Source: an uncultured Acidimicrobiales bacterium (lineage in GTDB: Bacteria > Actinomycetota > Acidimicrobiia > Acidimicrobiales > CADCSY01). From it: 64,000 bases of DNA. A program made the translations under genes and the position numbers. The notes below the pieces were generated by a model. It was given only the letters and a program-made list of their open reading frames with translations, did not search any database and was not told the origin of the DNA. Location of the stretch: the NCBI GenBank assembly GCA_902805555.1, contig CADCSY010000005.1:13555-77554 (forward strand). Direction: 5' to 3'. Below, in pieces: positions 40,706 through 49,507 of the stretch. Each line of letters starts with the position of its first letter. The stretch's first letter is position 1.

Positions 40706-43228
40706 GTGAAGGCCCAGCGCAGCTTCACCGTCCGTCCCCGACTGCCCGAGGCGCTGGCCGGCCTGTCCGAGCTGGCCATGAACCTCCGCTGGTCCTGGGA
40801 GGAGCAGACCCGGGACCTGTTCCGGTGGGTGGACCCGGATGCGTGGGAGGTCACCGTCCACGACCCGGTCGCCCTCCTGGCTCGGGTCGACCCCGGGCGC
40901 CTCGCCGAGCTCGAGGCCGACCCCGCCTTCCGCTCGCACCTCGCCGAGGTCCACGGCGCCCTGCGCCACTACCGGGAGCGGGACGGCTGGTTCCAGGGCC
41001 GGATCGACAGCCCGCTCCGTGCCGTCGCCTACTTCAGCCCGGAGTTCGGCATCGCCGAGGCGCTCCCGCAGTACTCGGGGGGCCTCGGCGTCCTGGCCGG
41101 GGACCACCTCAAGGCATCCAGCGACCTCGGCGTCCCCCTCGTCGGCGTGGGGCTCTTCTACCGGCACGGCTACTTCCGCCAGTCGCTCAACAGCGACGGC
41201 TGGCAGCAGGAGCGGTACCCGAGCCTCGACCCCTTCGCCATGGCCCTGCAGCCCGTCGAGGGCGTGCGGGTCGCCGTCGACCTCGCCGGCTCCACCCTCA
41301 CGGCCAGGGTGTGGCTGGCCGAGGTGGGGCGGGTCCGGCTCTACCTCCTCGACGCCGACGTCGAGGAGAACCCCGACGACGTGCGGATCGTCACCGACCG
41401 GCTCTACGGCGGTGACACCGAGCACCGGCTGCGCCAGGAGATCCTCCTCGGCATCGGTGGCGTGCGGGCCCTCGCCGCCGTCGGCGAGGAGCCGCAGGTG
41501 TTCCACACCAACGAGGGCCACGCCGGCTTCCTCGGCTTCGAGCGCATCCGGGCGCTGGTGGGAGGGGGGCTGTCCTTCGGCGACGCCCTGGAGGCGGTGC
41601 GGGCGGCGAGCATCTTCACGACCCACACGCCCGTCCCCGCCGGCATCGACCGGTTCCCCCGGGACCTCCTCGAGCGCTACTTCTCGGGCTGGGCCCAGGA
41701 GTGCGGCATCGGCATGGACGAGCTCATGGCCCTCGGGCACGAACCCGGCGAGGATCCAGGTGCGCCCTTCAACATGGCGGTGATGGGCCTGCGCCTCGCC
41801 GGCCGCAGCAACGCGGTGTCGAAGCTCCACGGGGCGGTCAGCCGCTCCATGTTCGCCCCGCTCTGGCCAGGGGTCCCGGTCGACGAGATCCCGATCACCT
41901 CGGTCACCAACGGCGTCCACGCCCGCACCTGGGTCAGCTCGGAGATGGTCGCGCTGCTCGAGCGCCACGTCGGAGCGGCGTGGGACCAGGCCGGGGCCGA
42001 CGACTGGGCGGGCGTGGCCCGCGCCGGGGACGACGAGCTGTGGCGGGTGCAGGAGCAGGGTCGCGAGCACCTCGTCTCGTTCGTCCGCCGGCACCTGCGC
42101 ACGAGCCTCACGGAGCGGGGCATGAGCAGCTCCGACACGGCGTGGACGGACGAGGTGCTCGATCCGAAGGCGCTCACGGTGTGCTTCGCCCGCCGCTTCG
42201 CGACGTACAAGCGGGGGACGCTGCTGCTCAGCCAGCCCGACCGGTTGCGGGCGCTGCTCACCTCGACGGAGCGCCCGGTCCAGTTCGTCTTCGCCGGCAA
42301 GGCCCACCCGGCCGACGACCAGGGCAAGGAGATCATCCGCCAGATCGTCGCCTTCTCGGGCGACCCCGCCATCCGGCACCGCTTCGTCTTCGTCGACGAC
42401 TACGACATCGCCGTCGCCCGCGTCCTCTACCAGGGCGCGGACGTGTGGCTCAACAACCCGCGCCGGCCCCAGGAGGCGTGCGGCACGAGCGGGGAGAAGG
42501 CGGCCCTGAACGGCGCCCTCAACTGCTCGATCCTCGACGGCTGGTGGGACGAGATGTTCGACGGCGAGAACGGCTGGGCCATCAGCTCGGCCGAAGGCGA
42601 GGAGGACCTCGCCAAGCGGGACCAGCAGGAGGTGGAGAGCCTGTTCGCCCTGCTCGAGGACCAGATCGTGCCCCAGTTCTACGAGCGGGGCCCGGGCCCG
42701 GTCCCCCGCCGCTGGGTCGCACGCATGAAGCACAACCTCGTCTCCCTCGGCCCGCAGGTGATCGCCAGCCGGATGGTGCAGGACTACGTCACCGACCTGT
42801 ACGAGCCCACGGCGGCCCGGGCCGACGTCCTCGCCGCCGACGGCTTCGCCCGTGCATCGGCCCTCGCAGGTTGGAAGTCGGGCGTCCGCGACGGCTGGCG
42901 GGCCGTGCACGTCGACGGGATCGAGAGCGACGACACCTCCGACCTCGGCCACGAGCGGGCGGTGCGGACCACCGTGTCGCTCGGCGACCTGCCCGCCGGC
43001 GACGTGGAGGTCCAGCTGCTCCACGGGCCGGTGGGCCAGGCCGACGAGCTCGAGCAGCCCTCGGTGGCGGCGATGGCGCCGTCCGGCGCGGCCACCGACG
43101 GGCACCACACGTTCGAGGTCACGATCCGCCTCGACCGCCCGGGCCGCTACGGCTTCGCCGTGCGGGTCGTCCCCTCCCACCACGACCTCACCACCCCCGT
43201 CGAGCTCGGCCTCGTCACCTGGGGCTGA
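40706..43228 (+). CDS. glgP: Alpha-glucan (glycogen/maltodextrin) phosphorylase
   Basis: N-terminal FTVRPRLPEALAGLSELAMNLRWSW and the PLP lysine region FAGKAHPADDQGKEIIR. GTG start at 40706. Confidence 0.9.
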   Translation: MKAQRSFTVRPRLPEALAGLSELAMNLRWSWEEQTRDLFRWVDPDAWEVTVHDPVALLARVDPGRLAELEADPAFRSHLAEVHGALRHYRERDGWFQGRIDSPLRAVAYFSPEFGIAEALPQYSGGLGVLAGDHLKASSDLGVPLVGVGLFYRHGYFRQSLNSDGWQQERYPSLDPFAMALQPVEGVRVAVDLAGSTLTARVWLAEVGRVRLYLLDADVEENPDDVRIVTDRLYGGDTEHRLRQEILLGIGGVRALAAVGEEPQVFHTNEGHAGFLGFERIRALVGGGLSFGDALEAVRAASIFTTHTPVPAGIDRFPRDLLERYFSGWAQECGIGMDELMALGHEPGEDPGAPFNMAVMGLRLAGRSNAVSKLHGAVSRSMFAPLWPGVPVDEIPITSVTNGVHARTWVSSEMVALLERHVGAAWDQAGADDWAGVARAGDDELWRVQEQGREHLVSFVRRHLRTSLTERGMSSSDTAWTDEVLDPKALTVCFARRFATYKRGTLLLSQPDRLRALLTSTERPVQFVFAGKAHPADDQGKEIIRQIVAFSGDPAIRHRFVFVDDYDIAVARVLYQGADVWLNNPRRPQEACGTSGEKAALNGALNCSILDGWWDEMFDGENGWAISSAEGEEDLAKRDQQEVESLFALLEDQIVPQFYERGPGPVPRRWVARMKHNLVSLGPQVIASRMVQDYVTDLYEPTAARADVLAADGFARASALAGWKSGVRDGWRAVHVDGIESDDTSDLGHERAVRTTVSLGDLPAGDVEVQLLHGPVGQADELEQPSVAAMAPSGAATDGHHTFEVTIRLDRPGRYGFAVRVVPSHHDLTTPVELGLVTWG

Positions 43229-43259
43229 GGGACGGAGCCGGCCCCTGCCGGCCGGTGGA

Positions 43260-44579
43260 TCAGGGCTCGCGGTCGGGGTCGCCCAGCCAGGTGCGGCCGT
43301 CCTCGACCGGGGGCACGACCGCGAGCGCCGGCGCTGCTTCCGGCCGGAGGGCCTTCAACAGGTCCACGCCGGTGGCGTTCTCCAGCTGCTCGGCCAGGCC
43401 GATCACGGCCGAGGGCAGCTGGCCCATCAGGCCGGGGATGCCCGACCCCTGGCCGCCGCTGTCGATGATCGAGACCCTGTCGATGTCGACGCTGGTGACG
43501 GTCGAGACGATCTTGTCGATGATCTCGGGGAGCATCCGCAGGACGAAGATCCGCTGGGCGTCGGCGCCCGCCTCCTGGTACTGCTGCACCAGGCGCCGGA
43601 ACACCTCCACCTGGGCGTTGCCCTCCTCGACGATCTTGGCTGCGTCCGCCTTGGCCGCGAGCTGCCTCGACTCGAGGTCGGCGCGCGCCGGGGCCACGAC
43701 GTCGGCCTCGAGCCGGCGGGTCTCGAGCTTCACCCGCTCGGTCTCGAGGTCCTGCTCGGCGACCACCCGCGCCTTCTCCCCGGCCACCTTGGCCTGGGCC
43801 TCGGCGGCACCGGCGAGCGCCTCGAGCTCGGCCTGGCGGACCCGCAGCATGTTCTGCTGCTCGACGATCTGGAGGTCGGCGTGGGCGGTGGCGATCTCGG
43901 CCCGCTGCCTGGACAGCGCCTCGGACTCCTCGGCCTCGGCCTTGCGCTGGGCCTCGGCGACCCTGGCCTCCTTCAGCACCTCGGCTGTCTGGCGCCGACC
44001 GACGGAGCTCAGGTAGCCGACCTCGTCGGTCACGTTCTGGATCTTGAGCACGTCGAGCTCGAGGCCGAGCGTCTTGATGTCGTCGTCGGCCTCGTCGATG
44101 AGGGTCTGGGCGAACTTGAGCCGGTCCTCGTTGACCTCCTCGGGGGTGAGGGTGGCGAGCACCCCCCGCAGGTTCGCCTCCAGCGTCTCCTTGGCGATCG
44201 CTGCGATGTCCACCTGGGGCACGTCGAGGAAGCGCTCGACCGAGTTCTGCAGCAGCCCCTCCACGCTCGACACCTTGACGTTGGCGATGCCCTGCACGTT
44301 GAGGGGGATGGCGCCGCGCGAGTAGGCGTTGTGCACGCCCACCTCGATGGGGATCGTGTTCAGCTCCATCCAGGAGACCCGCTCCAGGAGGGGCACCCGC
44401 AGCGTGCGCCCGCCGCGGATGGCCCGGTAGCCGACGGTGCGGCCGTCGCTCAGCTGGCGGGACCGACCGGAGATGACCGCCACCCGGTTCGGCGGGCAGA
44501 TGATGATCAGGCTGCGGACCGACATGAGGATCAGCAGGACGACGATGGCGAGGAGGACGCCGAGGACGAGCACGGTCAT
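43260..44579 (-). CDS. SPFH/band-7 flotillin-like protein
   Basis: An N-terminal TM, an SPFH domain and a long coiled-coil (EAQRKAEAEESEALSRQRAEIA...). Start MTVLVLGVLL. Confidence 0.85.
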   Translation of the reverse strand: MTVLVLGVLLAIVVLLILMSVRSLIIICPPNRVAVISGRSRQLSDGRTVGYRAIRGGRTLRVPLLERVSWMELNTIPIEVGVHNAYSRGAIPLNVQGIANVKVSSVEGLLQNSVERFLDVPQVDIAAIAKETLEANLRGVLATLTPEEVNEDRLKFAQTLIDEADDDIKTLGLELDVLKIQNVTDEVGYLSSVGRRQTAEVLKEARVAEAQRKAEAEESEALSRQRAEIATAHADLQIVEQQNMLRVRQAELEALAGAAEAQAKVAGEKARVVAEQDLETERVKLETRRLEADVVAPARADLESRQLAAKADAAKIVEEGNAQVEVFRRLVQQYQEAGADAQRIFVLRMLPEIIDKIVSTVTSVDIDRVSIIDSGGQGSGIPGLMGQLPSAVIGLAEQLENATGVDLLKALRPEAAPALAVVPPVEDGRTWLGDPDREP

Positions 44580-44637
44580 GGGTGGGGCTCCTGTGTGTCG
44601 GTGGCTGGTGGTGCGAGCCGGCCCGGGGCTGGACCGC

Positions 44638-45180
44638 TCACGTGAGCTCCGGGTCGAGGCGGGTGACGAGGGCGACCCCGCGGTCCACCTCGACGACGAG
44701 GACCGGCGCCCCCACCTCGAGCTCGGCGGGCGCGTCCGGCAGCGTCTCGGCCGAGAGGTAGACATGCTGGCCGCCGACGCTGACCGAGACCCGGCCACGC
44801 CGCTCGCTCGCCACCGGCAGCACCACCCGACCGACAGAACCGGCCAGCTGTCGGTCGCTCACGTCGCTCGTGCTCCCCGAGCGGCGCAGGTACGCGAAGA
44901 GCGTGCTGTTCACGGCGCCGGCCACGACCGCCGCGGCTGCGGCGGCCACGAGCGTGGTGGCGTCCGGCGTGTCGAGGAGGCCGAGGACGATGCCGCAGAC
45001 GCCGAACGTCGCCAGGAAGAAGGCGATCGTGCTGAGCGGCAGGAGCCTGAGCATGACGCCGCCCACCCCGTCGCCGGCGGACCCGTCACCGCCGCCGCCG
45101 TCGTCAGCCCCGGCCAGGAGGAACCACAGGACGAGTGGCACCCCTGCGGCAGCCGCGAAGAGGTACACGCCGTCAACCAC
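44638..45180 (-). CDS. NfeD-like membrane protein (flotillin partner)
   Basis: 2-3 TMs plus a C-terminal OB-fold-like beta region, lying upstream of the SPFH gene. Confidence 0.7.
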   Translation of the reverse strand: MVDGVYLFAAAAGVPLVLWFLLAGADDGGGGDGSAGDGVGGVMLRLLPLSTIAFFLATFGVCGIVLGLLDTPDATTLVAAAAAAVVAGAVNSTLFAYLRRSGSTSDVSDRQLAGSVGRVVLPVASERRGRVSVSVGGQHVYLSAETLPDAPAELEVGAPVLVVEVDRGVALVTRLDPELT

Positions 45181-45235
45181 GGAGCGACGTCACCCCGCGA
45201 ACCTAGCCCCGCCCCTCCGTCGGGGGCCCGCGGGC

Positions 45236-46015
45236 TCACCTCCCGGTGAAGGTCGCCTTCCCCGGGCCCTGCTCCAGGAAGGACCGCACGCCGACCTGGC
45301 TGTCGTCGGTGGTGAAGACCTGCTCGAAGAGCTGCAGCTCCCGGTCGAGCCCCCAGGCGAGCGTCGTCTCGATCCCCTCGTCGACCGCCTGCTTGGCCAG
45401 GCCCTGGGCGACGACCGCCCCCGTCGCCAGCTCGCGCGCCTTCTCGGCCGCCCGCGCCTGCACGTCGCCTGCGGGGACCACCTCGTCCACGAGGCCGATG
45501 CGCAGCGCCTCCTCCGCCTTCACCTGGCGGCCGGTGAGGATGATCTCCTTCGCCCTGGCCGGGCCGACCAGCCGGGGCAGGCGCTGGGTGCCGCCGCCGC
45601 CGGGGATGATGCCGAGGAGGATCTCGGGCTGGCCGAGCCGGGCGTTGTCGGCGCAGATCCGCCAGTCGCAGGCGAGGGCGAGCTCGCAGCCCCCGCCGAG
45701 GGCCACCCCGGTGATGGCGGCGACGGTGAACCTGGGGATGGCGGCCACCGCCCCGAGGGCGTCACGGAAGGCGGCGCCGATGCGGCGGGCCTCGTCCGGC
45801 CCGCCGAACTCGGAGATCTCCGCCCCCGCCGCGAACACCCGGTCCCCGCCGGTCACGACGACGGCCCCGGGAGGGTCGGCGGTGAGCCCGTCCGCCGCCT
45901 CCCTGAGCGCGACCAGCAGCTCGAGGGACATGGCGTTCACCTTCGGCCGGTCGAGGCGCAACGTCGCCACGCCGTCCTCGCCCCGCTCGACCCGCACCGG
46001 TGGTTGCTGGCTCAT
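45236..46015 (-). CDS. Enoyl-CoA hydratase/isomerase (crotonase family)
   Basis: Crotonase fold motifs GGDRVFAAGAEI and ALGGGCELALACD. The ATG overlaps the TGA of the repeat mini-ORF. Confidence 0.85.
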   Translation of the reverse strand: MSQQPPVRVERGEDGVATLRLDRPKVNAMSLELLVALREAADGLTADPPGAVVVTGGDRVFAAGAEISEFGGPDEARRIGAAFRDALGAVAAIPRFTVAAITGVALGGGCELALACDWRICADNARLGQPEILLGIIPGGGGTQRLPRLVGPARAKEIILTGRQVKAEEALRIGLVDEVVPAGDVQARAAEKARELATGAVVAQGLAKQAVDEGIETTLAWGLDRELQLFEQVFTTDDSQVGVRSFLEQGPGKATFTGR

Positions 46016-46077
46016 GCTTCCCGCTCCTGGCCTTCGGCCGGGCCGCTCGGGCCACGCTCGCTTCGCTCGCTCATGCC
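46012..46077 (-). repeat. MIRU-like repeat, locus C, with a 20-codon mini-[23 protein letters not shown]
   Basis: catgcttcccgctcctggccttcggccgggccgctcgggccacgctcgcttcgctcgctcatg. The mini-ORF TGA overlaps the enoyl-CoA hydratase ATG (ATGA). The repeat lies between meaB and the hydratase gene. Confidence 0.8.
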
Positions 46078-46114
46078 AGCACGTTAGGCAGGCGAGGGAG
46101 GTCGAGGGTCCTCC

Positions 46115-47107
46115 TCAGGAGGAGGCGCCGCTGGCGGCCTCGAGCAGCTCGTCCGCGGCCTGGTACGGGTCCGTGCGACGGTCGACGACCGCCGCGTGCA
46201 GCGCGCCGAACCGGTCGCCGCCTGCGATGCCGAGCGCCCGCTGCTCGAGGCTGCGGACGATGATCGTGCGCAGCTCGTCCTCGACACGACGGGCCCGGCG
46301 CTCGGCCAGCTGCCCGGTGCGCTCGAGGTGGGCCTTGTGGCCGAGCACCGACTCCCACAGCACGTCGCCTCCCTGGCCCCGCGACGCCACCGTCTCCACG
46401 ATGGGCGGCCGCCACGAGGTGGATCCCTCGACGCCGGCGTCGTGCATGCTCATCGTGAGGTCGAGCATCCCCTCGAGGTCGCGCCTGGTCTCGGCTGCGC
46501 CCGGCCGGTCCGCCTTGTTGATCACGAACACGTCCGCGATCTCCAGCAGGCCGGCCTTCGCCGCCTGCACGGCGTCGCCCCAGCCGGGGTTGACCACGAC
46601 CACGGTGGTGTCGGCGGCGCCGGCCACCTCGACCTCGACCTGGCCGACCCCCACCGTCTCGAGCAGCACCCACGGCGCACCCGCGGCGTCGAGCACCCGC
46701 ACGGCCTGCGGGGCGGCGAGGGCGAGCCCGCCGAGGTGGCCGCGGGTGGCCATCGACCGGATGAAGACGCCGTCGTCGAGGGCGTGGTCCTGCATCCGCA
46801 CCCGGTCGCCGAGGATGGCGCCACCGGTGAACGGGGACGACGGGTCGATGGCGAGCACCGCCACCTCCTCGCCCCGTCCGCGGAGCTCCCCGATGACCGC
46901 GCTCGTCAGGGTCGACTTGCCGGCCCCAGGGGCGCCGGTCAGCCCGACGGTGTACGCCCGGCCGCCGTGGCCGAAGGCGAGGCGACCGACCGCCCTCGCC
47001 CCCTCACCGCCCCGCTCGACCAGCGAGAGGGCCCGGGCCAGCGCCGACCGGTCACCGGTGCGGAGGGCGGCGACCAGCGCCTCGGGATCGCTGCGTCTGG
47101 GCGCCAT
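46115..47107 (-). CDS. meaB: Methylmalonyl-CoA mutase-associated GTPase MeaB/ArgK
   Basis: P-loop GAPGAGKST, and the NKAD and DxxG motifs. Confidence 0.9.
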   Translation of the reverse strand: MAPRRSDPEALVAALRTGDRSALARALSLVERGGEGARAVGRLAFGHGGRAYTVGLTGAPGAGKSTLTSAVIGELRGRGEEVAVLAIDPSSPFTGGAILGDRVRMQDHALDDGVFIRSMATRGHLGGLALAAPQAVRVLDAAGAPWVLLETVGVGQVEVEVAGAADTTVVVVNPGWGDAVQAAKAGLLEIADVFVINKADRPGAAETRRDLEGMLDLTMSMHDAGVEGSTSWRPPIVETVASRGQGGDVLWESVLGHKAHLERTGQLAERRARRVEDELRTIIVRSLEQRALGIAGGDRFGALHAAVVDRRTDPYQAADELLEAASGASS

Positions 47108-47139
47108 GTCCGCACCCTATGGCGCCGGAGTGGGAGGGG

Positions 47140-47379
47140 TCAGACGGCCACCACGGAGGTGACGCCCTCGACGCGGTCCTTGAGGATCCGCTCGATGCCC
47201 GCCTTCATGGTCTGGGTCGAGACGGGGCAGGTCCCGCAGGCACCGACGAGCTCGACGGTGATCTCACCGGTCTCCTCGTTCACGTCACGGACCACGATGT
47301 CCCCGCCGTCGGCCTGGAGGGCGGGGCGGATGACGTCGATGGTCTGGCGGATGCGGTCCTTCACATCCGAGGAGAACAC
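47140..47379 (-). CDS. NifU-like (Nfu) Fe-S cluster scaffold domain protein
   Basis: C-terminal NifU motif GACGTCPVSTQTMKAGIE. The likely GTG start is at 47379. The ORF-track ATG at 47460 would add 27 low-complexity aa. Confidence 0.6.
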   Translation of the reverse strand: MFSSDVKDRIRQTIDVIRPALQADGGDIVVRDVNEETGEITVELVGACGTCPVSTQTMKAGIERILKDRVEGVTSVVAV

Positions 47380-47393
47380 CCCGGCGGCGGACG

Positions 47394-47924
47394 ATGTTCC
47401 ACGGCCGGCCTGGAAGGGGGGAGGGGCCCGTCTACGCTCCCACGGTGCGCCGACCGGCAAGGAGCCTCGTCGCTGCGATGCTCCTCACGCCTGCCGGCCT
47501 CGCCGGCTGTGGGGACGGCGACCCCGGCGCCGGCGCCGCCGAGACCTCCGAAGCCAGCCCCGACGACTCCTCCGGAGGGCCGGGCGCGACGGCAGGCACC
47601 GAGGGGCCGGACGGCGGGACGTCGGACCCCTCGACCGAGCCGGAGCGGACCGGGCCGGAGGTGCAGGTCGTGGAGCTCACGTTCGCCGGCGGCGAGGTCA
47701 CCTCGGGGGCCGGGCGGGTCGCCGTGGCGGCAGGGAGCCCCGTTCGGCTCGAGGTGACGAGCGACGTGGACGAGGAGGTCCACGTGCACGGCTACGACAT
47801 CGAGGTGCCGGTCGCGGCCGGGGCCACCACGACGGTCGAGCTGGTCGGGGACCTCCCGGGCGTCTGGGAGGTCGAGCTGCACGACAGCGGCCAGCTGCTG
47901 TGCGAGCTCGAGATCGCCGGTTGA
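47394..47924 (+). CDS. Lipoprotein with a cupredoxin-like C-terminal domain
   Basis: Signal peptide and lipobox LAGC, an acidic low-complexity linker, then a beta-rich HVHGYD...VELHDSG...C domain. Confidence 0.55.
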   Translation: MFHGRPGRGEGPVYAPTVRRPARSLVAAMLLTPAGLAGCGDGDPGAGAAETSEASPDDSSGGPGATAGTEGPDGGTSDPSTEPERTGPEVQVVELTFAGGEVTSGAGRVAVAAGSPVRLEVTSDVDEEVHVHGYDIEVPVAAGATTTVELVGDLPGVWEVELHDSGQLLCELEIAG

Positions 47925-49276
47925 CCGCTCCCCTCGTCCTCGCCCACGGCATCGGGGGGCGGGGCGACCTCCCCCTCCCCGTCTGGCTCTTCGCCTACGG
48001 CGCCGGGACCGCGGTGCTCATCTCCTTCGCGACCCTGCGGCTGCTCTGGAGGACGCCCCGGCTCGACGGCGCCGCCGCCGGCAGGCCCGCGCCTGCCTGG
48101 ACCGGCCCCACCCTCGGCGTGCTGGCGGTGGTCGGGCGGATCACCGGGCTCCTGCTCTTCCTGCTCGTGCTCACGGCAGCGGCCGTCGGCTCGACGGAGA
48201 CGCAGGAGAACCTCGCCCCGGTCGCGGTCTACGTGCTCTTCTGGGTGGGGCTCCAGATCCTCTCGCCCCTGGTCGGTGACCTCTGGCGGGTGCTCAGCCC
48301 CTGGGACACGATCGCCCTCGTCGCCCGCCGGCTCCGGGGCAGGACCGCGGAGGGGCCCGGCCCCGACGAGGGGGCCTCGTGCTGGCCGGCGGTGGCAGCC
48401 CTCGCCGGCTTCCTCTGGCTCGAGCTCTGCTACCACGACCCGGCCGCCCCCCGGACGCTGGCGGTCGCCATCGGCGCGTACGCCGTCGTGATGCTCGCGT
48501 GCGCAGCCCGCTGGGGACGGGCCTGGTTGCGCACGGGCGACGGCTTCGCCGTGTGGTTCGGGCTCCTGGCCTCGCTCTCGCCGCTCCACGTCGACGGCGG
48601 GCGGATCGAGGCCGACGGCGCCCGTGTGACCGGGACTCGCCGGCTGCGGCTGCGCTGGCCGGCGACCGGGCTGACCGACCTCGTGCGCCGGCCCGGTGCC
48701 GCCGGCGTCGTGCTCGTGGTCCTCGGCGCCACCACGTTCGACGGCGTGACCCGGACGACCTTCTGGGACGGCATCGCCGGCACCCGCACGGGGTGGGGCC
48801 TGACCGCCGTGTCGACGATCGGGCTCCTCTGGGTGGTCGGCGTGGTCGCCGTCGCCTACGTGGGGGCGACGCGAGCCGGCGCCGCCCTGACCGGCCGTCC
48901 CGCCGGATCGCTCGTCGACCCCTTCCTGCACACGCTCGTGCCGATCGCTCTCGCCTACGCGGTGGCGCACTACTTCAGCCTCGCCGTCTTCGAGGGCCAG
49001 GGCGCGCTGGCCCTGCTGTCGGACCCGCTCGGGCGGGGGTGGGACCTCCTCGGCACCGCCGAGCGCGCCATCGACTACCGGGCCGTCTCGCCTGCCGCCA
49101 TCGCCTGGGTGCAGGCCACGGCGATCGTGGTCGGCCACGTGACCGGGGTGGTCCTCGGCCACGACCGTGCCATCGCCATGTTCGACGAGCACCAGGCCGA
49201 TCGCAGCCAGCGGCCGCTGGTGGGGGTCATGGTCGCCTACACGGTCGGCGGCCTCGCGCTGCTGCTGGGAGCCTGA
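47921..49276 (+). CDS. Integral membrane protein of unknown function with an N-terminal AHGxGG..DLPxP motif
   Basis: About 10 TMs. The TTG start overlaps the lipoprotein TGA (TTGA). Confidence 0.55.
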   Translation: MTAPLVLAHGIGGRGDLPLPVWLFAYGAGTAVLISFATLRLLWRTPRLDGAAAGRPAPAWTGPTLGVLAVVGRITGLLLFLLVLTAAAVGSTETQENLAPVAVYVLFWVGLQILSPLVGDLWRVLSPWDTIALVARRLRGRTAEGPGPDEGASCWPAVAALAGFLWLELCYHDPAAPRTLAVAIGAYAVVMLACAARWGRAWLRTGDGFAVWFGLLASLSPLHVDGGRIEADGARVTGTRRLRLRWPATGLTDLVRRPGAAGVVLVVLGATTFDGVTRTTFWDGIAGTRTGWGLTAVSTIGLLWVVGVVAVAYVGATRAGAALTGRPAGSLVDPFLHTLVPIALAYAVAHYFSLAVFEGQGALALLSDPLGRGWDLLGTAERAIDYRAVSPAAIAWVQATAIVVGHVTGVVLGHDRAIAMFDEHQADRSQRPLVGVMVAYTVGGLALLLGA

Positions 49277-49277
49277 C

Positions 49278-49505
49278 GTGGGGCCCGGTCCCGCCGTGAT
49301 CCTCGCCCACCAGGGCGGCTGGGACGAGGCGCTGTTCGTGGTCGTGCCGATGGCGGTGCTCCTCGGGCTCCTGGCCCTGGCCCAGCGACGAGCCGTCGCC
49401 GAGCACGACGCCGAGGTCGAGGCCGAGCACGAGGCCGAGGCCGAGGCCCGGCACGAGGCCGAGGTGGACCACCCGACTGCCCGCCCGCCCGAGCAGGGCT
49501 CCTAG
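49278..49505 (+). CDS. Small single-TM protein with an acidic/His-rich tail
   Basis: A 75-aa ORF whose GTG lies 1 nt after the upstream stop. It begins ...ILAHQGGWDE, echoing the AHGIGG motif of the preceding protein. The tail is AEHDAEVEAEHEAEAEARHEAEVDH. Confidence 0.4.
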   Translation: MGPGPAVILAHQGGWDEALFVVVPMAVLLGLLALAQRRAVAEHDAEVEAEHEAEAEARHEAEVDHPTARPPEQGS

Positions 49506-49507
49506 GG

